A stretch of 64,000 nt of DNA from an uncultured Acidimicrobiaceae bacterium (GTDB lineage Bacteria; Actinomycetota; Acidimicrobiia; Spongiisociales; ZC4RG35), in assembly GCA_964571765.1 (NCBI GenBank), contig CAZNDH010000004.1, positions 44,170-108,169 of the forward strand. The letters are read 5' to 3'. Both the position numbers and the translations under genes were made by a program. The stretch's first letter is position 1, and every line of letters starts with the position of its first letter. Below are positions 9,656 through 18,434 of the stretch, piece after piece. Below the pieces are notes generated by a model. It saw only the letters and a list, made by a program, of their open reading frames with translations. It had not been told where the DNA came from and made no database searches.

Positions 9656-9660
9656 CTAGG

Positions 9661-10338
9661 TCAGAGCTCTTCCCAGCTCTCGGCGATCTGCTGATCGCTT
9701 TTCGAAGCCTCGGCGCGGGCCACGTACGCGGCTGCCTCGCTGCGGCGGCTCATTCCCATCTTGGCGAGCAGTGTGGACACATAGTTCTTGACCGTCTTCT
9801 CGGCGAGGAACATCTCATCAGCGATCTGACGGTTGGTCAGCCCGTCGGCGATGTGCTTTACGATGACCCGCTCCTGTTTGGTGAGCCGGGAGAGCAGCTC
9901 GTCGTCCTCGCCACCCGAGCGGAGCCTGGAGAACAGCTTCTTGGTCATCTCCGGGTCGAGCAGCGACTCCCCTGACCCCACCTTGCGAATGTCCTCGACC
10001 AGGTCGGTGGTCCGGATGCGCTTGAGCACGTATCCGGAGGCCCCGGCGAGGATCGCCGACATCAGGGCTTCCTCGTCGGCGAACGAGGTGAGCATCAGCA
10101 CCTTCACCTTGGGGAAGCGCTCCCTGATGTCGCGGCATGCCTCCACGCCGCTCTTGTCGGGAAGGCGGACGTCGAGGAGGACCACATCGGGGCTGTCGTA
10201 GCCAACCCGACGCACCGCCTCCTCGGCAGTCCCTGCCTCTCCGACCACCGTCATGTCGTCCTCGGCCTCGATCATCGCCTTGACCCCGGCGCGGACCACC
10301 TCGTGGTCGTCGACCAGGAGAACCCGGAGTTCGCCCAT
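9661..10338 (-). CDS. NarL/LuxR-family (DosR-like) response regulator
   Basis: Receiver domain VLLVDDHEVVRAGV...LLDVRLPD and a C-terminal HTH LTKQERVIVKHIADGLTNRQIADEMFLAEKTVKNYV. I chose ATG 10338 over ATG 10368 because TACCGT (10345-10350, minus strand) lies 6 nt upstream. Confidence 0.85.
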   Translation of the reverse strand: MGELRVLLVDDHEVVRAGVKAMIEAEDDMTVVGEAGTAEEAVRRVGYDSPDVVLLDVRLPDKSGVEACRDIRERFPKVKVLMLTSFADEEALMSAILAGASGYVLKRIRTTDLVEDIRKVGSGESLLDPEMTKKLFSRLRSGGEDDELLSRLTKQERVIVKHIADGLTNRQIADEMFLAEKTVKNYVSTLLAKMGMSRRSEAAAYVARAEASKSDQQIAESWEEL

Positions 10339-10344
10339 GTGTCT

Positions 10345-10364
10345 ACGGTAGCCGTCGTTATCGT
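10345..10364. promoter_or_regulatory. back-to-back candidate -10 hexamers for the divergent leaderless RR and HK genes
   Basis: TACCGT (minus, 10345-10350) lies 6 nt from ATG 10338. TATCGT (plus, 10359-10364) lies 6 nt from ATG 10371. The two hexamers are 8 bp apart. Confidence 0.4.
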
Positions 10365-10370
10365 CCATTC

Positions 10371-11486
10371 ATGGCCCGATCCCCCAGCCTCGACCGCCTC
10401 GCCGGCCTGATCGAGGCCGCGGCCGCCGTCGTCGGGGAGGGCGACCTCGACCACCTGCTTCGGCGTTTGGTATCCGAGGCGCGGGCAGCCACCGGCGCGC
10501 CTTTTGCCGCCCTGGGCGTCATCGGGGAGCACGGCGTCCTCACCGAGTTCATCTATGACGGAATCGACGAGCGCACCGCCACCATGATCGGTCACCTGCC
10601 CACCGGCCGGGGGGTGCTGGGAACCGTGATACGTGAGAACCGGACCATCGTCCTCGAAGTCATCTCAGATCACCCCGACTCCTACGGGTTCCCCCCTCAT
10701 CACCCGGAAATGACCAGCTTTCTCGGTGTTCCCGTCGCCGTCGCCGACCGCGCCTTCGGCAACCTCTACCTCACTGAGAAAGAGGGTGGGTTCACCGCCG
10801 ACGACGTGGTGGTGGTGGAGGCACTGAGCCGCATCGCAGGAGCCGCCGTCCAGACCTCGCGGCTCCAGAACCGATTGCGCGCTCTGGCAGTGATCGAGGA
10901 GCGCAACCGAATCGCCGCCGATCTCCATGATTCGGTGATCCAGGACCTGTTCGCCGTCGGCCTTGGCCTCCAATCCCTGGCTACTCGGGTTCCCGACCAG
11001 TCGGCCGCCCAGGTGCTGGATGATTCGGTGGATCGGCTCGACCACTCGGTGAACACCCTGCGCAACTACATCTTCGAGCTCAAGGACAGCTCTCAGCTCA
11101 CCATTCCTCTCGGCGAGCGACTCCAGGAGATGGTCGCCCGCATGGGATCGGTCTACCCCTCCAGGGTCAGGCTCACCATCGAAGGGCTGCCCGGCGGCGT
11201 CGGTGACGAGGACGACACCGTGCTGATGCTGGCCACCGAGGCGCTCTCCAACGCCCTACGCCACGCCGGCGCCGGCAACGTCGAGATCACCGTGGGCGCC
11301 ACCGAGGATCAGCTTCTGCTCGAGGTGGTGGACGACGGCGTCGGGTTCGACCCGACGGTCATGTCGCCGGGCATGGGTCTGTCCAATATGAAGGCCAGGG
11401 CGGCCACTGTGGGGGGGACCCTCGGGGTGAAGAGCGAACCGGGACAGGGCACCACGGTGACCTGTCGCCTCCCTAGGAGGATGTGA
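10371..11486 (+). CDS. GAF-domain sensor histidine kinase (HisKA_3 type)
   Basis: N-terminal GAF-like region, H-box RIAADLHDSVIQDLF, and ATPase motifs LSNALRHAG and GMGLSNMKARA. Confidence 0.85.
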   Translation: MARSPSLDRLAGLIEAAAAVVGEGDLDHLLRRLVSEARAATGAPFAALGVIGEHGVLTEFIYDGIDERTATMIGHLPTGRGVLGTVIRENRTIVLEVISDHPDSYGFPPHHPEMTSFLGVPVAVADRAFGNLYLTEKEGGFTADDVVVVEALSRIAGAAVQTSRLQNRLRALAVIEERNRIAADLHDSVIQDLFAVGLGLQSLATRVPDQSAAQVLDDSVDRLDHSVNTLRNYIFELKDSSQLTIPLGERLQEMVARMGSVYPSRVRLTIEGLPGGVGDEDDTVLMLATEALSNALRHAGAGNVEITVGATEDQLLLEVVDDGVGFDPTVMSPGMGLSNMKARAATVGGTLGVKSEPGQGTTVTCRLPRRM

Positions 11487-11916
11487 GTGACTCGGCGAGA
11501 CGGTCCACCCAATTGCGCACCGTCGCCTCGGCCACCCGCCCCAGCAGGGCGCGGTCGAGGATGCGACCCACTGCTCCCAAAGGGGGGTCGTACGTCCCTC
11601 TCAGGGTGAGCCTGGTCCGGTCCATGCCCTCGTTGGTCAAGACCAGATCTGCCCTCAACTGGGGAAAGACAGCGTCGGCACCGACCGCGGCCCAGCTGAT
11701 CGGGTAGACCAGACCCCTCCGTTGGATCTCAGGGATGCCCACCTCGAGGATCACCGCTTTGTCCACCGGGCCACTGGGTCCCACCCTGGATCGCAACTCC
11801 TCGCCATGGCGATAAGCGACGTCGGCCCAATCTCCCATCTCGGAGCGAGCCTGGTCGATCCGGCGTTGCGCCTCACCCAACCCCAGCTGCACCGAGGCCG
11901 AGTACTCGACGAACAT
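11473..11916 (-). CDS. hypothetical protein (possibly SRPBCC-like)
   Basis: I chose the MFVEYSASVQ start at 11916 because it forms an ATGA overlap with the upstream PPOX stop. The part of the ORF upstream of it is Arg/Gly-rich junk. The 3' end overlaps the HK 3' end by 14 nt. Confidence 0.45.
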   Translation of the reverse strand: MFVEYSASVQLGLGEAQRRIDQARSEMGDWADVAYRHGEELRSRVGPSGPVDKAVILEVGIPEIQRRGLVYPISWAAVGADAVFPQLRADLVLTNEGMDRTRLTLRGTYDPPLGAVGRILDRALLGRVAEATVRNWVDRLAESLTSS

Positions 11917-12377
11917 CAGAGACGGCCCGGTTTGGTCCGATGACTGAAGCCGGAGCCGGACACCATCCCCGATACCTCCTCGATACCCACCGTGACGACG
12001 TGGGGCAACCCGGTCATAGGCTGGAGCCCGCCCCGACTCAGGGGCGATCCGATCGCCGCCCGGTACTTGTCGAGCAGCTTGGCGACCACTCGGGCCCTCA
12101 ACTCTTGGTCGTCGGTCTCTCGGGCATTGCCATCGACGATGACACTGGCCCACTCCCCCGACTCCGGATCGAATCGGGAGGCCTCAACGCACACCTCAGG
12201 GTTGGCCCGTATCGCCTCTAGCTTCCGCCCGGCAATGGTGCGGAACACGATGAAGTCCCCGTCGAGGACGAACGACATCGGGGTGACATAAGGCCGACCC
12301 TCCGAGACCACTCCGAGGTGGGCCACCGGGGCGTCCTCGAGCAGGGCCAGGGCTTCTTCGCGGGTCATCGGGTTCAT
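11916..12377 (-). CDS. pyridoxamine 5'-phosphate oxidase (PPOX) family flavoprotein
   Basis: REEALALLEDAPVAHLGVVSEGRPYVTPMSFVLDGDFIVFRT pattern; 153 aa. A GAGG SD lies 4 nt upstream of the ATG. Confidence 0.7.
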   Translation of the reverse strand: MNPMTREEALALLEDAPVAHLGVVSEGRPYVTPMSFVLDGDFIVFRTIAGRKLEAIRANPEVCVEASRFDPESGEWASVIVDGNARETDDQELRARVVAKLLDKYRAAIGSPLSRGGLQPMTGLPHVVTVGIEEVSGMVSGSGFSHRTKPGRL

Positions 12378-12591
12378 TCCCCTCAGGGTGCTGCTTGTCC
12401 CCCGTTTTCCCTACGGCCAAAAGTCCTTTTTGCACCCGCTACCCGAATGACCGACGGATACAGGCGCCGAGCCGATCCATCACCACCGGCTCATCGGCCC
12501 CTGCCGCCGAGACGACGGTCGGGCTGCGGTACGAGGTGAGCCGAGCGCAGCGAGACTGAATCTGTCCCACCCTGTTCGTAGGTTGTCGATC

Positions 12592-12948
12592 ATGGAATGG
12601 TGTGAGCACAAACCGGTGTGGGTCGGACGGGTGGCCGTCTCGGCCTGTGCCGACTGCGGCCGGGTCGAGTGGTTCTCCACCTCGGGGCCCATCGACCCCG
12701 CCGAGGCGATGGCAGTGTTGTTCGGCAGCTTCGAGATGGTGGGACCACTTGACGCGCTGGGAGCCCCGGCGCCCCGGGTGCTCGCCTACCGTCCCCCTTC
12801 AGGCAGGAAGCGGTCCAACCTGGACGCCATCCCCAGGCGGGTGTGGCTCAAGGCCGGGCCTCACCTCTGGATGTCCCACGATGGGGAGACCCTCCTGCTC
12901 GCCCCGACCCGACCTCTGGTCTTCGACAACCTCTCCCGGGGGGCCTAG
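12592..12948 (+). CDS. hypothetical protein
   Basis: 118-aa ORF with no recognised family. ATG 12592 is preceded by TAGGTT (12579-12584) plus a 7-nt spacer. Confidence 0.35.
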   Translation: MEWCEHKPVWVGRVAVSACADCGRVEWFSTSGPIDPAEAMAVLFGSFEMVGPLDALGAPAPRVLAYRPPSGRKRSNLDAIPRRVWLKAGPHLWMSHDGETLLLAPTRPLVFDNLSRGA

Positions 12949-14750
12949 CCGACCAGGCCGAACTGGGTCTCGTAGAGCTCGGCGAACAGGCCCCCACCCG
13001 AGACCAGTGTCTTGTGGTCGCCGCGCTCCACGATCCTCCCCTCGTCGAGCACCAGGATCTGGTCGGCTTTTCGCACCGTAGACAACCGGTGGGCGATCAC
13101 GATCGAGGTGCGACCCTCCATCAGAGTCTCCAGCGCCCCCTGGATCAGCGCCTCCGAACGAGAGTCGAGATGCGAGGTTGCTTCGTCGAGGATCAGCACC
13201 CGGGGGTCCTCGAGGAGGACCCGGGCGATGGAGATCCGCTGTTTCTCACCCCCGGAGAGGCGGTATCCCCGCTCGCCGACCACCGTCTCGTATCCTTCGG
13301 GGAGACGGCTGATCATGTCGTGGATATTGGCCGCTCGCGCCGCTTCGACCATCTCTTCCTCGGTGGCCCCGGGTCGGGCGTAACGGAGGTTGGCGGCGAT
13401 GGTGTCGTGGAAGAGGTACGACTCCTGGGTGACGACTCCCACCGTGGCCGCCAGGTCTCGAGGGTCGATATCGCGGACGTCGACTCCGTCGATGAGAACT
13501 GCCCCCTCGGTGACGTCATAGAGTCGGGGTACCAGGTAGGAAACCGTCGTCTTTCCCGCACCTGAGGGCCCTACCAGGGCGGTCAGAGTTCCCGGCTCGG
13601 CGACGAAGCTGACATCTTCGAGGGCCAGGTCACGGGTGGAGGCTTGGGGCAGGGCCACCTCGCCGGTATCCCTGCTCCAGAAGCGACGCACCGCGGCAAG
13701 GCCCTCCGGTTGGCCAGACCGGTAGCGAAATGACACGTCGAGGAACTCGACGCGGCCCCGTGCGGACAGAGCTATGGGCAACAGTGGGGCGGGGACATCG
13801 GTTTCGAGGTCGAGCACCTCGAAGACCCGCTCGAAGGAGACCAGAGACGTCGCCAATTCGACCCGGGAGTTGGAGATCGCCGACAACGGGCCATATAGCT
13901 GACCGAGGAGGGTGGAGAACATCACGATGGTCCCCAGGGTGACCACCTCGTTGATCACCATCAGCCCGCCCACCCAGAACACCGCGGCGGTCCCCATCGC
14001 CGATACCATGCCAAGGGCGGCGAAGAACCCGCGTCCCACCATGGCCCTCCTGATCGAGTAGTCCCGCACCAAGGCTGCCTGCGAGGAGAAACGTTCCTTC
14101 TCCTCGTCCCAGCGGCCAAACAGGCGAACCAGAAGCGCGCCGCTGACATTGAACGCCTCCTGAAGGATCCCCGACATCTTCGCCTGGTGCTCCATCTCCT
14201 GCTGGGTGACCCGCCGCAGGATCCTGGCCACCCTCCTCGCCGGGAAGACGAACAGGGGCAGGGCGGCCACCGCGAGCAGGGTGAGCCGCCAATCGGCCTG
14301 GACCATCACCACCAGGATCACCATCACCGAGACCAGATTGGAGACGATGGTGACCAAGGTGCCGGTTATCGCCTGCTGTGCCCCGACCACGTCGGAATTG
14401 AGACGATTCATGAGCTCACCGGTCTTGGTGGCGGTGAAGAACCTCAGCGACATCTTCTGCAGGTGGTCATAGAGCGCCCGACGTAGGTCGAAGATGATCC
14501 CCTCACCGACCCGTGAGGAGAACCAGCGCTGGGCCACCCCGACCAGTGCGTTGACCAGGGGGACCATGACCATCCCCAGCCCGAGGAGGGTGAGCAGCCG
14601 GACGTCGCCGGCCGGCAGGGCGGTGTCGACCAGCTCCCGTATGAGGAGCGCCGGAACCACGGACAGCCCGGAGATCACCATGATGGTGGCCATGACCCCT
14701 GTCAGGTCTCTCCGGTAGGGACTCCCGTAGCTCCACACCCGGGCGAGCAA
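12945..14750 (-). CDS. ABC transporter, fused permease/ATP-binding protein (MsbA-like exporter)
   Basis: Six-TM N-terminal half, Walker A GPSGAGKTT, signature LSGGEKQR and Walker B ILILDEATS. Confidence 0.85.
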   Translation of the reverse strand: MLARVWSYGSPYRRDLTGVMATIMVISGLSVVPALLIRELVDTALPAGDVRLLTLLGLGMVMVPLVNALVGVAQRWFSSRVGEGIIFDLRRALYDHLQKMSLRFFTATKTGELMNRLNSDVVGAQQAITGTLVTIVSNLVSVMVILVVMVQADWRLTLLAVAALPLFVFPARRVARILRRVTQQEMEHQAKMSGILQEAFNVSGALLVRLFGRWDEEKERFSSQAALVRDYSIRRAMVGRGFFAALGMVSAMGTAAVFWVGGLMVINEVVTLGTIVMFSTLLGQLYGPLSAISNSRVELATSLVSFERVFEVLDLETDVPAPLLPIALSARGRVEFLDVSFRYRSGQPEGLAAVRRFWSRDTGEVALPQASTRDLALEDVSFVAEPGTLTALVGPSGAGKTTVSYLVPRLYDVTEGAVLIDGVDVRDIDPRDLAATVGVVTQESYLFHDTIAANLRYARPGATEEEMVEAARAANIHDMISRLPEGYETVVGERGYRLSGGEKQRISIARVLLEDPRVLILDEATSHLDSRSEALIQGALETLMEGRTSIVIAHRLSTVRKADQILVLDEGRIVERGDHKTLVSGGGLFAELYETQFGLVG

Positions 14751-14846
14751 GTCCCGATCGAGATCGGGGCGGTCCCTCTCCTCGTCGTACCTTACGTAGC
14801 TCGACCAGCCGCCGTGGTGGTAGATAGTCCCTCCTTTGGCCGAAGC

Positions 14847-15602
14847 CTACGACTCGTCGAGGGAGCCCAGGGGGACAGTCTCGCCTGCCATCGACTCGAG
14901 GACATCGGCGGGAACGAACGGCCTCCCGAAGAGCTCATAGCGATACGGGCCTTCGAACCAGATGAGGGTGACTCCGCTGGCGGACGCCAGCTTCCACACA
15001 TCACGGCCCCCCATGTCGAGCAGGGCGCACTCGTCGGCTATCAGCTCGGCGAATCGAGCGCATGAGAATTGGGCCCCCGGCTCGGCGAGCTCGGCGGCCG
15101 TCTCCGGGTCGTGAGCCACCCGGAGCACGGCCAGCTGAGACACCGACCGCGAGCGGGTATAGGGCACCGCCGACCAGATCCCGAACGCCGCCGACGGCTC
15201 GGCGGAGAGCCGGCCCGAGTTCTCCACGACCAGTTGGGAGGAAACCCACTCGGCGCCGTAGGGGGCGATGGCGGGGAACTCGATGCCGGGAACCGCGGCG
15301 GCGATCTCGTAGCGGGAAGCCTGGATGTACCGGTCCCCCTGCCGGCGGGAGAACACCGCTGCCACCACCACGTCCGGATCGTCCAACTCGTCGTTGGCGA
15401 TGTCGTCGTTGTGCCACTGTAGGGAGGCAACCGTCACCTGGCGAGGGGCGTCCACCGGTGGGAGGGTTGTGGTGGTCACCTTCGGTTCGTTGATCCAATT
15501 CGAGCTGCGGTTACCCAAGGAGAGCAGGGGTGATTCACCGCACGCGACGAGAAGCACCATGGCCGAGATGGCCATGATGGCGATACGAATCCGGGGCGCC
15601 AC
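14847..15602 (-). CDS. hypothetical lipoprotein
   Basis: Lipobox-like AMVLLVACG follows a positively charged n-region. The ORF runs to 15710; the likely start is GTG 15602 or ATG 15575. Confidence 0.45.
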   Translation of the reverse strand: MAPRIRIAIMAISAMVLLVACGESPLLSLGNRSSNWINEPKVTTTTLPPVDAPRQVTVASLQWHNDDIANDELDDPDVVVAAVFSRRQGDRYIQASRYEIAAAVPGIEFPAIAPYGAEWVSSQLVVENSGRLSAEPSAAFGIWSAVPYTRSRSVSQLAVLRVAHDPETAAELAEPGAQFSCARFAELIADECALLDMGGRDVWKLASASGVTLIWFEGPYRYELFGRPFVPADVLESMAGETVPLGSLDES

Positions 15603-15748
15603 GGTGCGGTGTTCCACTTGGTGGAGGACAACGAGACCGCTCCCGGAGCGGTTCCCCTGCGGCTTGCGCCACACCTTCATCCCGTCCAACTTATCCTCGA
15701 TCTGGTGCAAATCCCCTCAAAGTCGCCCAGATCTCCCGGTCGGTGCCC

Positions 15749-16831
15749 ATGAGAGTCCTCGTGGTGAACGGGCCAAACCTCAATCGCCTGGGGACCCGGG
15801 AGACGGGCATCTACGGGCCGGGGACACTGGCCGACCTGGATGAGGAGGTCGCGGTCTTCGGCGAAACCCTGGGGGTGACCGTCGAAGTCTTCCAGTCCAA
15901 TCACGAGGGCGAGTTGATCGAGATCATCCAGCGCACCCAAGCCGACGGGGTGGTCGTCAATCCCGGGGCGCTCACCCATACCTCCTATGCCCTGGCCGAC
16001 GCAATCCGGTCAATCGAGCTCCCGGTGGTCGAGGTGCACATCTCCAACATCAAGGGCCGCGAGGCTTGGCGGTCGGTTTCGCTGATTTCTCCGGTATGTG
16101 TGGCCACCATCTACGGGCGAGGGCGGGGCGGTTACCGGGACGCCGTTCGCCACCTGGTCAACCGGGCGGCGATGCCCTTCGAGACTATCGGGTACGGGCC
16201 CCATCCCGACAACGACGGCGACCTGAGAAGGGGTGAGAAGGGCCTCGTGCTGTTGGTGCACGGCGGGGTGTGGCGTGATCAATACCGGAGGGACACCATC
16301 GAGTCCCTGGCGGTTGACCTCACCAGTCGCGGCTACCACACCTGGAACGTCGGCTACCGCACCATCGGCACCGGGGGCGGTTGGCCCGGGTCGGGGCACG
16401 ACTTGCTCACCGCGCTCGACTTCGTCCCCCGTCTCGACCTGGGAGACGGGCCAGTCGTCGTGATCGGCCACTCCGCCGGCGGATACCTGGGTTTGTGGGC
16501 ATCGCCCCGCACCCGTCTCGAAGTGGGCCTGGTTGTGGGTCTGGCACCGGTCGTCGACCTCGATGCAGCAGTAGCCGACCAAGGCGAACTGGCCCCCGAG
16601 GCCGGCCTGCTCCTCGATGCTGGTGCACCTTCGCCTGTGGACCCGGTTGACCTTCCTGTGGTGCTGGCCCACGGTGAAGACGATCGGATCGTGCCCATCC
16701 GCGACTCCCGGATGCTCGCCGCGGCCCGTGGCTTCGACCTCCTCGAGTCGGAGGGTGGCCATTTCGACCTCCTCGACCCGGGTAAACCCCATTGGGATTG
16801 GGTGCTGGAGCGGATCGAGAAGACGGCTTAG
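15749..16831 (+). CDS. aroQ: type II 3-dehydroquinate dehydratase fused to an alpha/beta-hydrolase domain
   Basis: The N-terminal ~140 aa (MRVLVVNGPNLNRLGTRE...HISNIKGREAWR) is AroQ. It continues without a stop into a domain with LLVHGGVW and GHSAGG motifs. An alternative start is GTG 15743. Confidence 0.8.
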   Translation: MRVLVVNGPNLNRLGTRETGIYGPGTLADLDEEVAVFGETLGVTVEVFQSNHEGELIEIIQRTQADGVVVNPGALTHTSYALADAIRSIELPVVEVHISNIKGREAWRSVSLISPVCVATIYGRGRGGYRDAVRHLVNRAAMPFETIGYGPHPDNDGDLRRGEKGLVLLVHGGVWRDQYRRDTIESLAVDLTSRGYHTWNVGYRTIGTGGGWPGSGHDLLTALDFVPRLDLGDGPVVVIGHSAGGYLGLWASPRTRLEVGLVVGLAPVVDLDAAVADQGELAPEAGLLLDAGAPSPVDPVDLPVVLAHGEDDRIVPIRDSRMLAAARGFDLLESEGGHFDLLDPGKPHWDWVLERIEKTA

Positions 16832-16840
16832 TCTCCCCCG

Positions 16841-17746
16841 GTGCTCGCCAACATCCTCCGCTCCCTCTTCGGCGGGTTCCTCATGGGGACGGCCGACCTG
16901 GTTCCCGGAGTGTCGGGAGGCACCATCGCGCTGATGTTGGGCATCTATCAGCGTCTGGTGGCCTCGATCAAGGAGGGCTCCTCCGCACTCGGCTCCGCCC
17001 TCCGCTTCGACTGGGCGGGGGCGGGCCGCCACCTCCGAGACGTGGAGTGGGCTTTCCTGGTCCCCTTGTTGGTGGGGATCCTCACCGCGGTGATCGTCCT
17101 GGCATCGTTCCTCGAGCACCAGCTGGAGACCCGACCGGTCATCCTCGCCGCCGCATTCTTCGGTTTGGTGGTGGGATCGGTGGTGGTCGCTTGGGGGATG
17201 ATCCGGCTGAGGCGGCCCACCCATCTCGTGGTGGCCACGCTGGTCGCAGCCGGGCTGTTCGTCCTCCTCGGTGCCGGCGGCTCCGAGCACGTCGGGTCAC
17301 CGGGGCTTCCGGTGTTTTTCGGCGCCGGCGCCCTGGCGGTGTGCGCCATGATCCTCCCCGGGATCTCCGGCTCGTTGATCCTGGTGCTGGTCGGGATGTA
17401 TGCCGCGGCCCTGGGGGCGGTCACTGCTCGCGACTGGACTGCGGTACTTGCCCTGGCCCTTGGTGCCGTGGTCGGGCTGGCCGTCTTCTCCCAGCTGCTC
17501 CACCGTGCTCTGGAGCGTCATCACGACCTGGTGGTGGCGGCGATGGTGGGGCTGATGGCCGGCTCCCTCCGCATCCTCTGGCCGTGGCCGGAGGGAGTGC
17601 GGAGTGCAGCCCTCGCGGTTCCCGGCGCCGACTGGCCCGGAGCCCTGCTCGCTTCCCTGCTCGGGGCGGCGACCGTCTACCTGATAACCCATCTCGCCGG
17701 CTCCCGAACCAGCCCCAACCCGGTAGAGGCCACCTCGGCCGGGTAG
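16841..17746 (+). CDS. DUF368 family membrane protein
   Basis: GTADLVPGVSGGTIALMLGIY and ILPGISGS motifs; polytopic. The GTG start is preceded by TAGTCT (16829-16834) plus 6 nt. Confidence 0.8.
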   Translation: MLANILRSLFGGFLMGTADLVPGVSGGTIALMLGIYQRLVASIKEGSSALGSALRFDWAGAGRHLRDVEWAFLVPLLVGILTAVIVLASFLEHQLETRPVILAAAFFGLVVGSVVVAWGMIRLRRPTHLVVATLVAAGLFVLLGAGGSEHVGSPGLPVFFGAGALAVCAMILPGISGSLILVLVGMYAAALGAVTARDWTAVLALALGAVVGLAVFSQLLHRALERHHDLVVAAMVGLMAGSLRILWPWPEGVRSAALAVPGADWPGALLASLLGAATVYLITHLAGSRTSPNPVEATSAG

Positions 17747-17815
17747 ACATACTTATCCACAGTTCGGTAGGGTTTTCCACCTGGGAGCGGCGTCAGCGCC
17801 GCTTGGAGTCAACCG

Positions 17816-18409
17816 ATGCGCTCGAGACGTCTTTCCTTCCTCGCCGGGTGGATGGCTGTGGCCCTCCTGGCCGCCGCCGGCTTCGCCGCGTTCGGGAGTC
17901 CCGGTCCCAACTCCGAGCAGGCTCGCATCGAGGCAGCGGCGGCCTCGATGGGCCACACTGCCGGCGCCTACGCCGGCCTGGGGTTCGCCCAACTCGGGTC
18001 GCCGGCGACTGCCACCGTAGAACTCGCTCCTGGTGAGACAGCCACCCCGGCGACCATGGCCGACGCCGCCGCCGACGGGCAGTCCCGTGCCTCGGGGACC
18101 ATTGCCGCCGGCACCGGCTGGCTTTCCGAGGTGGAGGTACGGGCTCTGGTCAGGCTGTACTTTGAGCCGGCCGATGTCAACAGGGCGGTCCGTGTCGCCT
18201 GGTGTGAGTCCCGTTTCGACCCCAAGGCGACCGATCTGCGCACCGGGGCGATGGGGCTGTTCAAGCATCTCCCCCGCTACTGGGAAGACCGGGCGGTCAA
18301 AGCCGGGTTCGCCGGCGCCGACCCCACCGACCCGGAGGCTTCGATCGCAGCCGCCGCCTGGGCTGTCTACCAGGAGGGCGGTTGGGACACCTTCGTCTGT
18401 CGAGGCTGA
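17816..18409 (+). CDS. secreted lytic transglycosylase (SLT-like) domain protein
   Basis: Signal-anchor sequence followed by a C-terminal AWCESRFDP...GLFKH...Y pattern. Confidence 0.6.
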   Translation: MRSRRLSFLAGWMAVALLAAAGFAAFGSPGPNSEQARIEAAAASMGHTAGAYAGLGFAQLGSPATATVELAPGETATPATMADAAADGQSRASGTIAAGTGWLSEVEVRALVRLYFEPADVNRAVRVAWCESRFDPKATDLRTGAMGLFKHLPRYWEDRAVKAGFAGADPTDPEASIAAAAWAVYQEGGWDTFVCRG

Positions 18410-18434
18410 ACCAGGGCCGAGCACCAGCGAGATA

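Noticed and set aside
12414-12427. Possible DosR-type operator (minus strand AAGGACTTTTGGCCGTA) about 40 nt upstream of the PPOX/SRPBCC-like operon.
   Set aside because: Only the left half-site (GGACT) matches the mycobacterial TTSGGGACTWWAGTCCCSAA consensus well. Overall about 11 of 20 positions match, and I found no second copy near the USP or regulator genes. That is too weak to call.
12945-12948. Convergent genes sharing a palindromic CTAG in which both stop codons (TAG on each strand) overlap.
   Set aside because: It is real but trivial, a by-product of tight packing. No functional implication can be argued from sequence alone.
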